The notes below the pieces were generated by a model, which saw only the letters and a list, made by a program, of their open reading frames with translations, was not told where the DNA came from and did no database searches. The translations under genes were made by a program, and so were the position numbers. DNA of 64,000 nt from Alphaproteobacteria bacterium (GTDB taxonomy: Bacteria; Pseudomonadota; Alphaproteobacteria; UBA828). The stretch's first letter is position 1. Every line of letters begins with the position of its first letter. The stretch is taken from contig CAXXVO010000014.1 in NCBI GenBank assembly GCA_963422645.2, forward strand, positions 32,001-96,000, read 5' to 3'. Shown here in pieces: positions 1 through 12,119 of the stretch.

Positions 1-1
1 C

Positions 2-142
2 GGCGGCGTGATCCTGGGCGTGGCCCAGGCCATCGGCGCCAAGTTCCACCCCGGTGGGCAGATCCTCGCGGGGCATGTCGCGTTCCTGATCGTGCTCGTG
101 CTCCGGCCCAACGGGCTATTTCCGCGCACGAGGGACCGGTGA
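2..142 (+). CDS. Branched-chain amino acid ABC transporter permease (LivH-like), 3' end only
   Basis: Frame from nt 2 reads GGVILGVAQAIG...FLIVLVLRPNGLF..., a typical LivH C-terminus; its TGA overlaps the GTG of the next gene. Confidence 0.8.
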   Translation, partial: GGVILGVAQAIGAKFHPGGQILAGHVAFLIVLVLRPNGLFPRTRDR

Positions 143-1209
143 GCGAAGGCACGGCCGCTTACAGGGTCGAGCGCGGCACGCGCGCGAGCCGCTACGGCGC
201 GCTGGTCGCGATACTCGGCCTCGCGGTCCTGATCTCGCTCCCCTTCTGGGGCGGTCGCGCGGACATGCGGACGATCGTCGAGATCGCCTACTACCTCGCC
301 CTCGCGCAGCTCTGGAATCTGCTCGCGGGCTACGCCGGGCTGGTCTCGGTCGGCCAGCAGGCGTTCCTGGGGCTCGGCGGCTACGCGCTCTTCGTGTTCG
401 CGATGAACGCGGGTGTTCACCCCATCGCGGCGATCCCGCTTGCGGGCATCGCAGCCGCGCTCTTCGCCGTTCCGACGGCGTTTATCGTGTTCCGCCTGCG
501 GGGCGCCTATTTCGCCATCGGCACCTGGGTCGTGGCCGAGGTTTACATGCTCTCCTTCGCGCAGGTCTCGGCGCTCGGCGGCGGCTCCGGCATGAGCCTG
601 CCTGCGGCGGTGGTGAAGGGCATCGCCGCAGGCCGCATGTGGCGGGAAACGACCATCTACTGGACCGGGCTCGCGATTGCCGTCGGGGCCATCGCGCTGG
701 TCTACCTGCTGCTGCGCTCACGCCACGGCCTCGCGCTGACCGCGATCCGGGATTCGGAGGAGGCGTCCGGCAGCCTCGGCGTCGACAACTTCCGCACCAA
801 GATCTGGGTCTATATCGTCGCCGCCTTCGGTACCGGCATGGTCGGCGCGCTGGTCTTCCTCACCAAGCTCCGTATCTCGCCGGAGGCCGGCTTCAACGTG
901 ATCGACTGGACCGCCAACGTCATCTTCATCGTCGTGATCGGCGGGATCGGCACCATCGAGGGGCCGATCATCGGGGTCATCATCTTCTTCGCGCTGCGCG
1001 AGCTGCTCGCGGACTTCGGCAGTTGGTACCTGATCGTGCTGGGTGCCGCTGCGGTGCTGATGATGCTGCGCGCACCGCAGGGTGTCTGGGGCCTGGTCGC
1101 CGAGCGCTTCGATATCCGCTTCTTCCCGGTGCAGCGCCGCCTCGTTTTCGATCCCGCGTCCTTCAGCTTCGTCGCGGACGCCCGGGAGGAGAACGACCGC
1201 AACCCGTGA
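139..1209 (+). CDS. Branched-chain amino acid ABC transporter permease (LivM-like)
   Basis: WNLLAGYAGLVSVGQQAF, RLRGAYFAI, AIRDSE and GGIGTIEGP motifs; hydrophobic. Confidence 0.92.
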   Translation: MSEGTAAYRVERGTRASRYGALVAILGLAVLISLPFWGGRADMRTIVEIAYYLALAQLWNLLAGYAGLVSVGQQAFLGLGGYALFVFAMNAGVHPIAAIPLAGIAAALFAVPTAFIVFRLRGAYFAIGTWVVAEVYMLSFAQVSALGGGSGMSLPAAVVKGIAAGRMWRETTIYWTGLAIAVGAIALVYLLLRSRHGLALTAIRDSEEASGSLGVDNFRTKIWVYIVAAFGTGMVGALVFLTKLRISPEAGFNVIDWTANVIFIVVIGGIGTIEGPIIGVIIFFALRELLADFGSWYLIVLGAAAVLMMLRAPQGVWGLVAERFDIRFFPVQRRLVFDPASFSFVADAREENDRNP

Positions 1210-1243
1210 TCCTTCGGGCGGGTGTGACTCGGTCTGTCTGCGC

Positions 1244-2059
1244 CTACTTCACTGCGCCGAGGGCGAGGCCGCGGATCATGTGCCGCTGAATCACGAACAC
1301 CACGATCAGCATCGGCACGAGCTGGATCACCACCGCCGCAGAGAGCGGACCCCAGAGCACGTTGTAGAGGTCGATCATCTTGGCGATCTGCACCGGGATC
1401 GTGACGGCCTTGTAGCTCGTGAGATAGAGCGCGAAGAGGAACTCGTTCCACGCGAAGACGAAGGTGAAGACCGCGGTGACCGCGATGCCCGAGGTCGCCA
1501 TCGGCAGCATGATGCGCCAGATGATCGAGAACCAGCCGAGGCCGTCGAGCCGCGCCGCCTCCTCGACCTCGCGCGGCAGGTCGAGCAGGAAGCCGCGCAT
1601 CAGCCACACCGCGAAGGGCAGGCCGTAGGCCACGTAGACGATGATCATGCCGAGGTGGCTGTCGGTGAGCCCGGTCCACTGCGCCATCAGGAAGTAGGGC
1701 AGCGCAATGACCACGCCGGGCATGAAGCGGAGCGAGAGGATCAGCAGCGACATTCCGTCGGCGCCCCGCATCTTCATCCGCGCGAGCGCGTAGGCCGAGA
1801 TCAGCGCCAGGAACAACGTTATGATTGTGGAGACAATGACGATGATCGCGCTGTTGAGGATGGCCTGCGCGAAATCGAAGCGCTCGAACGTCGTGTGGTA
1901 GTGCTCCAGCGTCGGATCGAAGGCGAATCGCGGCTTCGGGGCGTTGATCACGTTGGTCGGCTTGACCGAGGTCATCGCGATCCAATAGAGCGGCGCGAGG
2001 TAGACCGCGACCACGACCACCGCGCCGATATCCAGGAATCTTCTAAGCGGCGTGCGCAT
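1244..2059 (-). CDS. Carbohydrate ABC transporter permease (MalG-like)
   Basis: EAA loop LPREVEEAARLDG; FAWNEFLFAL. Confidence 0.93.
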   Translation of the reverse strand: MRTPLRRFLDIGAVVVVAVYLAPLYWIAMTSVKPTNVINAPKPRFAFDPTLEHYHTTFERFDFAQAILNSAIIVIVSTIITLFLALISAYALARMKMRGADGMSLLILSLRFMPGVVIALPYFLMAQWTGLTDSHLGMIIVYVAYGLPFAVWLMRGFLLDLPREVEEAARLDGLGWFSIIWRIMLPMATSGIAVTAVFTFVFAWNEFLFALYLTSYKAVTIPVQIAKMIDLYNVLWGPLSAAVVIQLVPMLIVVFVIQRHMIRGLALGAVK

Positions 2060-3003
2060 CAGGCGCCCATCTTCTGCCGCGTCGCCTTCTCCTGGCGATG
2101 CAGGACCCGCAGGAAGCTGATCACCACGATGTTGATGGCTATCACCATGAGCACGCCGTAGGCCGCCATGACGCCGAGCCGGCCGGCGTGGAAGATCGAG
2201 TAGATGTTCATGCTGGCGAGCAGCGTGGACGAGCCGGGCCCGCCCCGCGTGATGATGAGGATCACGTCGAAGATGCGGATCTCATCGACCAGCCTCAGCA
2301 GCAGCACCACCGTCACCACGGGCCAGATCAGCGGCAGCACGATGCGGCGCAAATAGGTGAGGCCGCGCACGCGGTCGAGCCGCGCGGCCTCGACCACCTC
2401 GGGGGAGATTCCCTGCATGCCCGCGAGCAGGATGAGCGTGACGAAGGGCGTCCACTGCCAGATGTCGACGATCATCACCGAGAGCAGCGCCGTGTCCGGG
2501 TGGGTGTGCCACAGGCTCTTCTCGAGGCCCACGCCCTGGAGCAGGTAGTTGAGCAGGCCGCCGATGGGCTCGAACATCGCCCGCCAGGAGAGCCCGAGCG
2601 CCACCGGCGTGATGAACACCGGGATGACGATGAGGGTTCTCAGAATGCCGATACCGCGCATCGACGTGTCGAGCAGCATGGCGAGGAAGAGGCCCAGGAT
2701 GAGCTGGACCGGCACCGTGATGGCGCACCAGATGCCGGCGAGCCGGAGCGTCCTCCAGAACGTGTCGTCGTTGAAGAAGAGGAACTCGAAATTGCGCGGG
2801 CCGACCCAGCGTGCCGCCAACGGGTTGAACAGGTTGTCGCTGCGGAACGCCGTGGCCAGCGTCCAGCCAAGGGGATAGACCGCGAGCCCGATCAGGATGA
2901 GGAGAGTCGGAAGGACGAGGAGATACGCGATCCGGTTCTCGCTCAACTGTAGAAAAGGCTGGCGGCGCACCCTGGGGGTGCCCGCCAGCCCTGGTACCGT
3001 CAT
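2059..3003 (-). CDS. Carbohydrate ABC transporter permease (MalF-like)
   Basis: DIWQWTPF, EAARLD and TRGGPG motifs. Confidence 0.93.
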   Translation of the reverse strand: MTVPGLAGTPRVRRQPFLQLSENRIAYLLVLPTLLILIGLAVYPLGWTLATAFRSDNLFNPLAARWVGPRNFEFLFFNDDTFWRTLRLAGIWCAITVPVQLILGLFLAMLLDTSMRGIGILRTLIVIPVFITPVALGLSWRAMFEPIGGLLNYLLQGVGLEKSLWHTHPDTALLSVMIVDIWQWTPFVTLILLAGMQGISPEVVEAARLDRVRGLTYLRRIVLPLIWPVVTVVLLLRLVDEIRIFDVILIITRGGPGSSTLLASMNIYSIFHAGRLGVMAAYGVLMVIAINIVVISFLRVLHRQEKATRQKMGA

Positions 3004-3012
3004 GCAGAACGC

Positions 3013-4434
3013 TTAGTCGTAGTAGCCGTTATCCGCCATGATCTGGCGCTGCGCCGCGTCGATGTCTACGAGCGCCTCTTCCATGCCCTTCTCGCCCGCG
3101 ATCACCGCGGCGACGTCGTTGCCGAGCGTGTCGGCGAGCGTGAAGGTCGGCGGCACCCAGACGAAGCCCGGCGTGCAGATCGGGATCGATTTGGCAAGCG
3201 CATCGAAGTAGGGCTGCTTGTCCGCGTACTTGTTCAGCAGCGAAGTCCGCGCCGGCTGCCCGGCCGCGTTGACGAAGTCCTCGCCAATGCGGGTGTCGAC
3301 ATAATCGCCCGAGCTCATGTGCTTGACCCACTCGAACGCGGCCCGATGGTCGTCGCCGAAGCTATTGACGTAGAAGCCGAAGCCGCCCATCAGTGGTTCC
3401 TGCTTGCTCTCCGGTGTTTCGCCCCCGGGCACGACATCCGAGCGGAAGTGCGCGTGGTGATCCGTGAAGTTCGAATCCTGCAGCACCGAGGTGCCCCACT
3501 CCATCGGCGCGAACACGGCGGAGCCCTTGGCGAGCACCGAGTTCGCCTCCTCGTCTGTCGCGTTCAACGTGATCGGGTGGCGATACTCCATCAGCTTGAG
3601 CAGCATCGAGAACGCCTTATGGCCGATCTCGGTGTTAAACTGCGGCTCCCAGTTCTCGTCGAACCAGACGCCGCCGTAGGAGCGGACCATCTGGTAGAGC
3701 TCCAGGCCGGCGAAGAGGCCGCGGCGCCCGGTCGTGACGAAGCCGTAGATGTCGTTGTCAGGATCGTGCAGGGCCTTGCAGACCTCGATGGTCTCTTCCC
3801 AGGTTGTCGGAACCTGGGTGATGCCCGCCTCGTCGAACTTGTCCTGGCGGTAGTACATCAGCTTCGTGTTGCTATCGAAGGCGATGGACGCGTGGTGGCC
3901 CTCCGGCGTCTGCGGGAAGTTGTAGCCCACGGTAACGTTGGCCGGGACGTCGGCGTGGTAGTCGTCCAGCCAGCCCTGGTCCTCGGCGAGCCACTCGTCG
4001 AGGTTGAGCGGCGTGCCGATGGTGCCGATCGACGACACCACGTTGTGGTCGTTGATGGCGCAGTTGTAGGAGTCCGACTTGGACGCCGCGTAGATCTGCA
4101 TCTTGGTGTAGGCCTCGCCCACCGGCTCCGCGATGATCTTCACGTTGACGTTGGGGAAGCGCTCCTTGAAGGTCCCGACCACGGCTTCGAGCGGCAGGCC
4201 CCAGCGCTGGCCGGCGAAGGTGTAGGCCACCACGTCGCCCTTGAGGCTGTCGTCGGTGTACCAGCCCGGCCCGTTGGTGTCGGACGCGCGCGCCCACTTG
4301 GGCGCGATGCCGACGCCGGCAGCCGCAGCCATGGCTGCCGATAGCTGGAGCATCTGACGGCGCGTCATCTTCGCCCGCATGTCGCGAGCGTGCTCCATTG
4401 ACTGTTTGTAAAGAGTCTCTCTGTCTGTACCCAT
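3013..4434 (-). CDS. Carbohydrate ABC transporter solute-binding protein, Tat-exported
   Basis: ATG 4434 follows a GGGGAGG RBS; twin-arginine signal TRRQML; YYRQDKF and PTTWEE motifs. Confidence 0.9.
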   Translation of the reverse strand: MGTDRETLYKQSMEHARDMRAKMTRRQMLQLSAAMAAAAGVGIAPKWARASDTNGPGWYTDDSLKGDVVAYTFAGQRWGLPLEAVVGTFKERFPNVNVKIIAEPVGEAYTKMQIYAASKSDSYNCAINDHNVVSSIGTIGTPLNLDEWLAEDQGWLDDYHADVPANVTVGYNFPQTPEGHHASIAFDSNTKLMYYRQDKFDEAGITQVPTTWEETIEVCKALHDPDNDIYGFVTTGRRGLFAGLELYQMVRSYGGVWFDENWEPQFNTEIGHKAFSMLLKLMEYRHPITLNATDEEANSVLAKGSAVFAPMEWGTSVLQDSNFTDHHAHFRSDVVPGGETPESKQEPLMGGFGFYVNSFGDDHRAAFEWVKHMSSGDYVDTRIGEDFVNAAGQPARTSLLNKYADKQPYFDALAKSIPICTPGFVWVPPTFTLADTLGNDVAAVIAGEKGMEEALVDIDAAQRQIMADNGYYD

Positions 4435-4546
4435 GTGAACCTCCCCTGAGTTTTGTATTTTACGGCGATGACTATAGCGCCGCTCCGTGGCGGGTGTATA
4501 CGCTGACGAAGCCCTAGACTCGGCGGCCAAGCAGCGGAGAGCCCCC

Positions 4547-5890
4547 ATGTCCTACTGGATCAGCCAGAGCGTCGATGGTGCGCCCTTGCCCAAGGCGGTT
4601 CGCGCCGAAGGCGTCTACGTCTACGGCGAGGACGGCAAGCGCTACATCGACAGCACCGGCGGGCCGGGGTTGTTCTCGCTCGGCCACGGACATCCCGAGG
4701 TGACGGCGGCGATCAAGGACCAGTTCGATCAGCTGGCCTACGGCTTCAGCATGACCTTCACGACGGACGTGGTGGAGGAGCTCTCCGAGACCATCGTGAC
4801 CGCCGCCGGCGCGGATCATTTCGGCGGCGTCTTCTATTCGTCGAGCGGGTCCGAGGCCAACGAGCACGCGCTTAAGGCCGCGCGGCAATATCACCTGGCG
4901 CGCGGCGAGCCCGAGCGGACCCACTTCATCGGCCGCAGGCTCTCCTGGCACGGGGCGACGCTCGGCGTGCTCGACGTCGGCCATCACGTCTGGCGGCGGA
5001 GCCTCTACGAGAGCGAACTCGGCCGCGCGACCCATGTCTCCGCGCCGATGCTCTACCGCCCGCCCGAGGGCGTGGCATCGGAGGACCTCGCGCAGCACTA
5101 CGCGGACGAGCTCGACGCCGAGATCAGGCGCGTAGGCCCCTCGCGCGTCGCGGCCTTCATCTTCGAGCCAGTCGGCGGCGGCACCGGCGGCATCCTGCCG
5201 CCGCCCGCCGGCTACGCCCAGGCCATGCGCGCGGCCTGCGACCACCACGGCGTGCTCATGATCGCGGACGAGATCTTCTGCGGCGTGGGCCGCACCGGCA
5301 AATGGCGGGCGCTGGAGCACGAGGACGTGCAGCCCGACATCATGACCATCGCCAAGGGGCTCTCCGGCGGCTACATGCCGCTCAGCGCCTGCGTGCTCTC
5401 GCGCCAGGTGCGCGAGGCGATCGACGGTGCCTACGGCAATCTCGAAGCGGCCCGCACCTATTCCGGCCACACCGCCGCCTGCGCGGCAGGGCGTGCCGTG
5501 CTGGGCATCATCGAGCGCGACGGGCTGGTGGAGAAGGTCGCGACCGACGGCATCTACCTCAAGGAGCGGCTGGACCGGGCCTTGGGCCAGAACGACGCGG
5601 TCGGCGATATCCGGGGCTGCGGCCTCATGTGGGGGATCGAGCTGGTCAAAGACCGCGACACCAAAGAGCCGTTCGATCCCGCGCTCCAGGTGTGGAGGCG
5701 CTACCGGGACGCGGCGCTGGAGAACGGCATGCTCAGCTATCAGGGCGGGGCCATCATCGACGGCAAGCGCGGCGATTACGCTCTCGTCGCCCCGGCCTAC
5801 ACGGCGACGCGGGACGAACTCGACGAGATCGTCGACAGGGTCGCCCTCTCGATCCGCCAGGCCGTGCAATCAGCGCGCGACGCTGCGTGA
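4547..5890 (+). CDS. Class III PLP-dependent aminotransferase
   Basis: SGSEANE, SWHG, FIFEPV, IADEIFCGVGRTG and AKGLSGG motifs; GGAGAG RBS before ATG 4547. Confidence 0.92.
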   Translation: MSYWISQSVDGAPLPKAVRAEGVYVYGEDGKRYIDSTGGPGLFSLGHGHPEVTAAIKDQFDQLAYGFSMTFTTDVVEELSETIVTAAGADHFGGVFYSSSGSEANEHALKAARQYHLARGEPERTHFIGRRLSWHGATLGVLDVGHHVWRRSLYESELGRATHVSAPMLYRPPEGVASEDLAQHYADELDAEIRRVGPSRVAAFIFEPVGGGTGGILPPPAGYAQAMRAACDHHGVLMIADEIFCGVGRTGKWRALEHEDVQPDIMTIAKGLSGGYMPLSACVLSRQVREAIDGAYGNLEAARTYSGHTAACAAGRAVLGIIERDGLVEKVATDGIYLKERLDRALGQNDAVGDIRGCGLMWGIELVKDRDTKEPFDPALQVWRRYRDAALENGMLSYQGGAIIDGKRGDYALVAPAYTATRDELDEIVDRVALSIRQAVQSARDAA

Positions 5891-5949
5891 TCAGACGAAT
5901 TGACCCGCTGGTTCCCTCGTGCGCGCACCGGTGAGGCGAGGGGGCTTCC

Positions 5950-7122
5950 TCAGGCGACCTGGAACTGCTCGACGGCATCTTCGTTGAGCGAGATGCCGAG
6001 CCCCGGCTCGGTGGGCGCCGGGATGACACCGTCGACGAAGGTGAACTCTTCGACCGTCAAGTCGCTGCGCAACCGCGAGTCCGCGAGCTGCGGGGGCAGG
6101 AACTCGATGAAGGGGCAGTTGCCGGCGACGATGGCAAGATGCAGGGAGGCGGCGATGCCGATGGCGGACTTCCAGCAATGGGGCACGACGATGACGCCGC
6201 GATCGCGCGCCTGCTCGGCAACGCGACGGGCCTCGGTGAGACCGCCGACGCGGCCGACATCGGGCTGGATCACGTCGACCCCGCCGCGGTCCATTGCCTC
6301 CAGGCACTCGAAGCGGGTGTTGAGCCACTCGCCGACGGCGACGCGCATCGGCGAGGCGGCGCAAAGCTTGCCATAGCCCTCCAGGTCGTCGGTGGGCAGC
6401 GGCGTCTCGATGAAATAGATGTCGGCGTCAGCAAACATCTCGATCGCGCGCAGGGCGGCTCTCCAGTCCGGCCAGCAGTAGGCGACATCGACGGCAAGAA
6501 TCATCTCCGGTCCCACGGCCTCGCGACAGGCGTGCACCACGTCGGCAATCGCGCGGTCGTCTTCGATCTGGATCGCATTGTGGGAGTAGGGGCCCTTGAT
6601 GCAGACCTCGAGCTTTGCAGCGCGGAAGCCGAGCTCCTTCGCCCCCTTGGCGCGTGCCACGAGGGACTCCGTGTAGGCGTCGAGGTCGTCGCCCTCGGGC
6701 AGGAGCGAGGCGTAGGGCACGGCATGGGGCTGGCGCTTGCCGCCCAGGACCTCCCAGACCGGCTTGCCCTCGGCCTTGGCGCGCAGATCCCAGAGCGCCA
6801 TGTCGAGGGCGCCGATGGCGCAGATGCCGAGGCCGCGGCGTCCGGTCATGGCAGAACCGGTATAGAGCCGCTCCCAGATGCCCTCGACATCGCGCGGGTC
6901 GGCACCCATCAGCATTTCCTTCAGGCCCAGTCCCATGCAGTGGGTGCCCGGCGCCTCGATGGTCGCCTTGGCAGCCCAGGGATTGGTGTCGGTTTCGCCG
7001 ATGCCGACCAGACCCTCGTCGGTATGGATCTTGACGACCAAGTCGTCCTGGGCCGAGCTGCAAGCCTCGGCGTCAAAATCGGGCACCAGCAGAACCAGGC
7101 ATTCGATATCGGTGATCTTCAT
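5950..7122 (-). CDS. Mandelate racemase/muconate lactonizing enzyme (enolase superfamily) protein, possible acid-sugar dehydratase
   Basis: ALDMALWDL, KxE (AKLEV), metal ligands in VDV/FIETP/VGE, QPDVGRVGGLT, PHCW. Confidence 0.9.
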   Translation of the reverse strand: MKITDIECLVLLVPDFDAEACSSAQDDLVVKIHTDEGLVGIGETDTNPWAAKATIEAPGTHCMGLGLKEMLMGADPRDVEGIWERLYTGSAMTGRRGLGICAIGALDMALWDLRAKAEGKPVWEVLGGKRQPHAVPYASLLPEGDDLDAYTESLVARAKGAKELGFRAAKLEVCIKGPYSHNAIQIEDDRAIADVVHACREAVGPEMILAVDVAYCWPDWRAALRAIEMFADADIYFIETPLPTDDLEGYGKLCAASPMRVAVGEWLNTRFECLEAMDRGGVDVIQPDVGRVGGLTEARRVAEQARDRGVIVVPHCWKSAIGIAASLHLAIVAGNCPFIEFLPPQLADSRLRSDLTVEEFTFVDGVIPAPTEPGLGISLNEDAVEQFQVA

Positions 7123-7365
7123 GGTTGTCTCTTCGTTTCATTGGGATGGGACGCAGATGCCTGACTCTGGAACCGTGTCGACTGCCGTGCCTCTTCGAGC
7201 CGGCGATGGCAGCGCATACGGTTGGCGAGACGGGACAGACCCTTCTTATCGCACACCGCGCCAACCGGCCAAGTCCGCTTGACGCACGGTGCGCGCGGCC
7301 GTTTGGCGCGGCATAGTGGCGAAGCGGCGCCTGCAGTCCGCGATGTGCAACAGGTGAGACGCATC

Positions 7366-8282
7366 ATGGGGACGATGATCGGACTTAAGGGCCTCACCTG
7401 GGACCACCGCCGGGCCATCGATCCGATGATCGCGGCGGCGAAGGCCTTCGCCGAGCAGCGACCTGACGTGGACATCGCCTGGGACGTGCAGCCGCTTTCG
7501 GGCTTCGAGTTCCGGCCGATCGATGACATCGTCCGGGACTACGACCTGCTCGTCTTCGATCATCCTCATGTCGGTCATGCCGCTGAGGCGGGCCTGTTGC
7601 GTCCTCTCGATCACCTGTTGCCGCGCGACACGTTCATCGGCCCGTCGCTTGCGACCTATCGCTGGCAGGAGGCGCTGTGGGCGGTGCCGATCGATGCCGC
7701 CTGCCAGACCGCGTGCTACCGGCCCGATCTGCTGCCCGAGGGACCGCCCGCAACCTGGTCGGAGATGATGGCGATGGCAGGCAGACGCCGGCTCGCCTGC
7801 GGCCTCAAGGGCGTTCACGCCTTCATGTGTTTTCTCACCCTGGCCGCCAATCTGGGCGATCCCTCCAAGCAGGAGAAGGCGGGACCGCTGGTCAGGTGCG
7901 AGACGGCAGCGACGGTGCTCGCCATGCTGCGAGAGCTCGCCGCCGCCTGCCCGCCGGAGGCGCTCGACTGGAACTCCATCGCGCTGCAGGATGCCATGCG
8001 CGCGCGCGACGACCTCGCCTATTGCCCCTTGGTTTATGGCTTCGCGACCTATGCCGAAGCCGACCGCGTGCCGCAGCTGGCCTATGCCGATATCCCGGAT
8101 GCAGGCGGCCTGGGTCCGGTCGGCTCGACCATTGGCGGCGCGGGCCTCGGCGTCTCAGCCGAGACGCGCGAGGCGGATGCCGCCGAAGCCTTTGCCGCCT
8201 TCATGGCCGAGGGTGCAATCCAATGCGGCATCGTCGCGCGCTGTCACGGACAGCCCGCCCACCGTGACGCCTGGGACGACCC
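7366..8282 (+). pseudogene. Solute-binding-protein-like gene, 5' part, interrupted by the Mu-like element
   Basis: LKGLTWDH...DLLVFDHPHVG...PIDAACQ; the frame continues in register at 13329 after the insertion. Confidence 0.88.
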
Positions 8283-8288
8283 TGTAGC

Positions 8289-8332
8289 CGGCCAGAAGTC
8301 TTTGCGAATCGCGGCCAGAAGTCTTTGCGAAT
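8289..8332 (+). repeat. Left-end tandem putative transposase-binding sites
   Basis: CGGCCAGAAGTCTTTGCGAAT at 8289-8309 and 8312-8332 (23-bp period). Confidence 0.85.
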
Positions 8333-8451
8333 GGCCTGGAAAACAGGCTGATTTTCGGGGCTGATTCGGGCTGGAAAAACGGCCTCTGCATCGGCCATGC
8401 ACGGGCCGTTCAGGGGCGCGGAATTCGGTGTGCACGGCCCCTGCAAGGGTT

Positions 8452-8972
8452 CTATTCCGCCTTCTCCTCCGCCTCGGGCGCGGGGGGCTGGGCGGGCCCG
8501 GCTTCGGGCGGGCGCCAGTGTCTGTCGTCGGCTGCGTCGAAGCGCTCGAGCGCGCCCGCGTCCATGGTTTCGATGCGCTTGCGGAGCGCGCGGCAGAGCC
8601 GGCGCAGGCGGTCGCGTTCGGCGTCCTGCTCCTCGGTGGCGGCGCCGCGCAGCCGCCGTCTGGCCTCGTGCTCCCAGCTCCTCGCCCCGTAGGCCTTCCG
8701 GATGCGGCGGGTTGCCTCCCGGTCGACCCCTTGCGCCCTTTCTTGCCGGAGGTCTTCGGCGGCGGCGCGCTCGCCCGCTTCGGCGATCATGGCCCATGCC
8801 GGCTTGGGGCTGGCGTCCGGGTCGGGGCCGTAGTCCGGCAGGCCGGGGATCGGGTTCCAGCCGTAGGCCTTCCATGTCGCCTCGTCGAACATCGTGTCGA
8901 TGCCGCCGGGGAAGGAGCCCGGCAGGAAGCCGTGGGCATGAGCCGGCGGATCGCGTCCTGGATGTCGATCAC
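8452..8972 (-). pseudogene. Small phage tail-associated protein (XkdW-like), frameshifted near 8934-8936
   Basis: GTG-start MIDIQDAIRRLMP (GGAGG RBS) joins HGFLPGSFPGGIDTMFDEATWK... if one C is added to ATGCCCACGGC. The family call is tentative. Confidence 0.6.
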
Positions 8973-8976
8973 CGTG

Positions 8977-9600
8977 TCATCCTCCGTCGGGCCGGGCGAG
9001 GGACGAGAACCTCTCTCCGTTCGACTGCGCCCACCATCGCACGAGCGAGCGGCGGATGCCGGCGGTGGCGGGTGCGACCCTGTGCCACCAGTCTGCGGGG
9101 AAGAGGACGAGCGATCCCGGCGGCGGGTCGATCCGTACGGGGCGGCGTTTCCGGCCCGGGTCCTGGAAGACCATGTCGCCGCCGGCTGCGGCGCGTTCGA
9201 CGATGAGGCTTGCGGAGACGGTCCGGTCGAGGGTGTCGGGAACTCCCCGCCCTGCGTACTGGTCGACGTGCCAGAGGCAGGCCTGTCCTGCGAAGTAACA
9301 GTTGCAGACGGCGGGCGAGGGCGTGTCCGCGCATGCGTTCAGCACCTCGCGGGCGTAGTTGCGGGCGAGGGCGTCCAGGGCGTCGGTGCAGTCTGCCGGG
9401 AGCATCCCGTCGGGCAGCCATGCCTCGTAGCAGTCGTCCGCGCCGGGGCCCCGGCGCGCGAGCGCGAGCCCGTTGACGGCTCGCTCGACCTCGGCCATTG
9501 CTCGAGGGCCGATGGCTGCGCGGACGACGCGAATGGGGGGGGTGGAACCCTCTCCGGGCTCGACCGGGGTTGATTCGCGGGGGTCTCTCACGCCGGGCAC
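8977..9600 (-). CDS. 2OG-Fe(II) oxygenase (prolyl-hydroxylase/PKHD-like)
   Basis: WHVD (HxD), GGDMVF, GSLVLFP, WHRVAP (distal His) and GIRRSLV (2OG-binding Arg). Confidence 0.85.
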   Translation of the reverse strand: MPGVRDPRESTPVEPGEGSTPPIRVVRAAIGPRAMAEVERAVNGLALARRGPGADDCYEAWLPDGMLPADCTDALDALARNYAREVLNACADTPSPAVCNCYFAGQACLWHVDQYAGRGVPDTLDRTVSASLIVERAAAGGDMVFQDPGRKRRPVRIDPPPGSLVLFPADWWHRVAPATAGIRRSLVRWWAQSNGERFSSLARPDGG

Positions 9601-9614
9601 CGCCGTCGAATCTC

Positions 9615-11885
<2,271 letters not shown>

Positions 11886-12116
11886 GCCGCCGCGCTCGCC
11901 CAGACCGCAGGCGCCGCGGCGCTGGCCATCGAGCGCGGCCTGCTCTCGGACGCCACCGCGCTCCGCGTCATCGCCGCCGTCGCCGGGCGCCTCGGCGTCG
12001 AGATCGACGCCGACGCCGAACTCGAGGCGGCGCGCGAAGACGCCGCCGGACGGGCCGAAGAAGACGCCTTCCGCGAGCCCCCGCAGGACGAGGACGCCGA
12101 CGACGGCGAGGCGTAG
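11886..12116 (+). pseudogene. C-terminal fragment of a putative phage portal protein
   Basis: AAALAQTAGAAALAIERGLLSDATALRVIAAVAGRLGVEIDADAEL...*; stops 3 nt before the head morphogenesis gene; no start. Confidence 0.55.
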
Positions 12117-12119
12117 CAC

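Noticed and set aside
8289-8332. Tandem 21-bp repeats as a CRISPR array
   Set aside because: Only two copies, a 2-bp gap, no spacers and no cas genes; inverted copies at the other end explain them as transposon end sites.
7222-8364. 380-aa ORF as a complete binding protein
   Set aside because: The tail VAGQKSLRIA... is read from the phage end; the real C-terminus is at 13329-13517.
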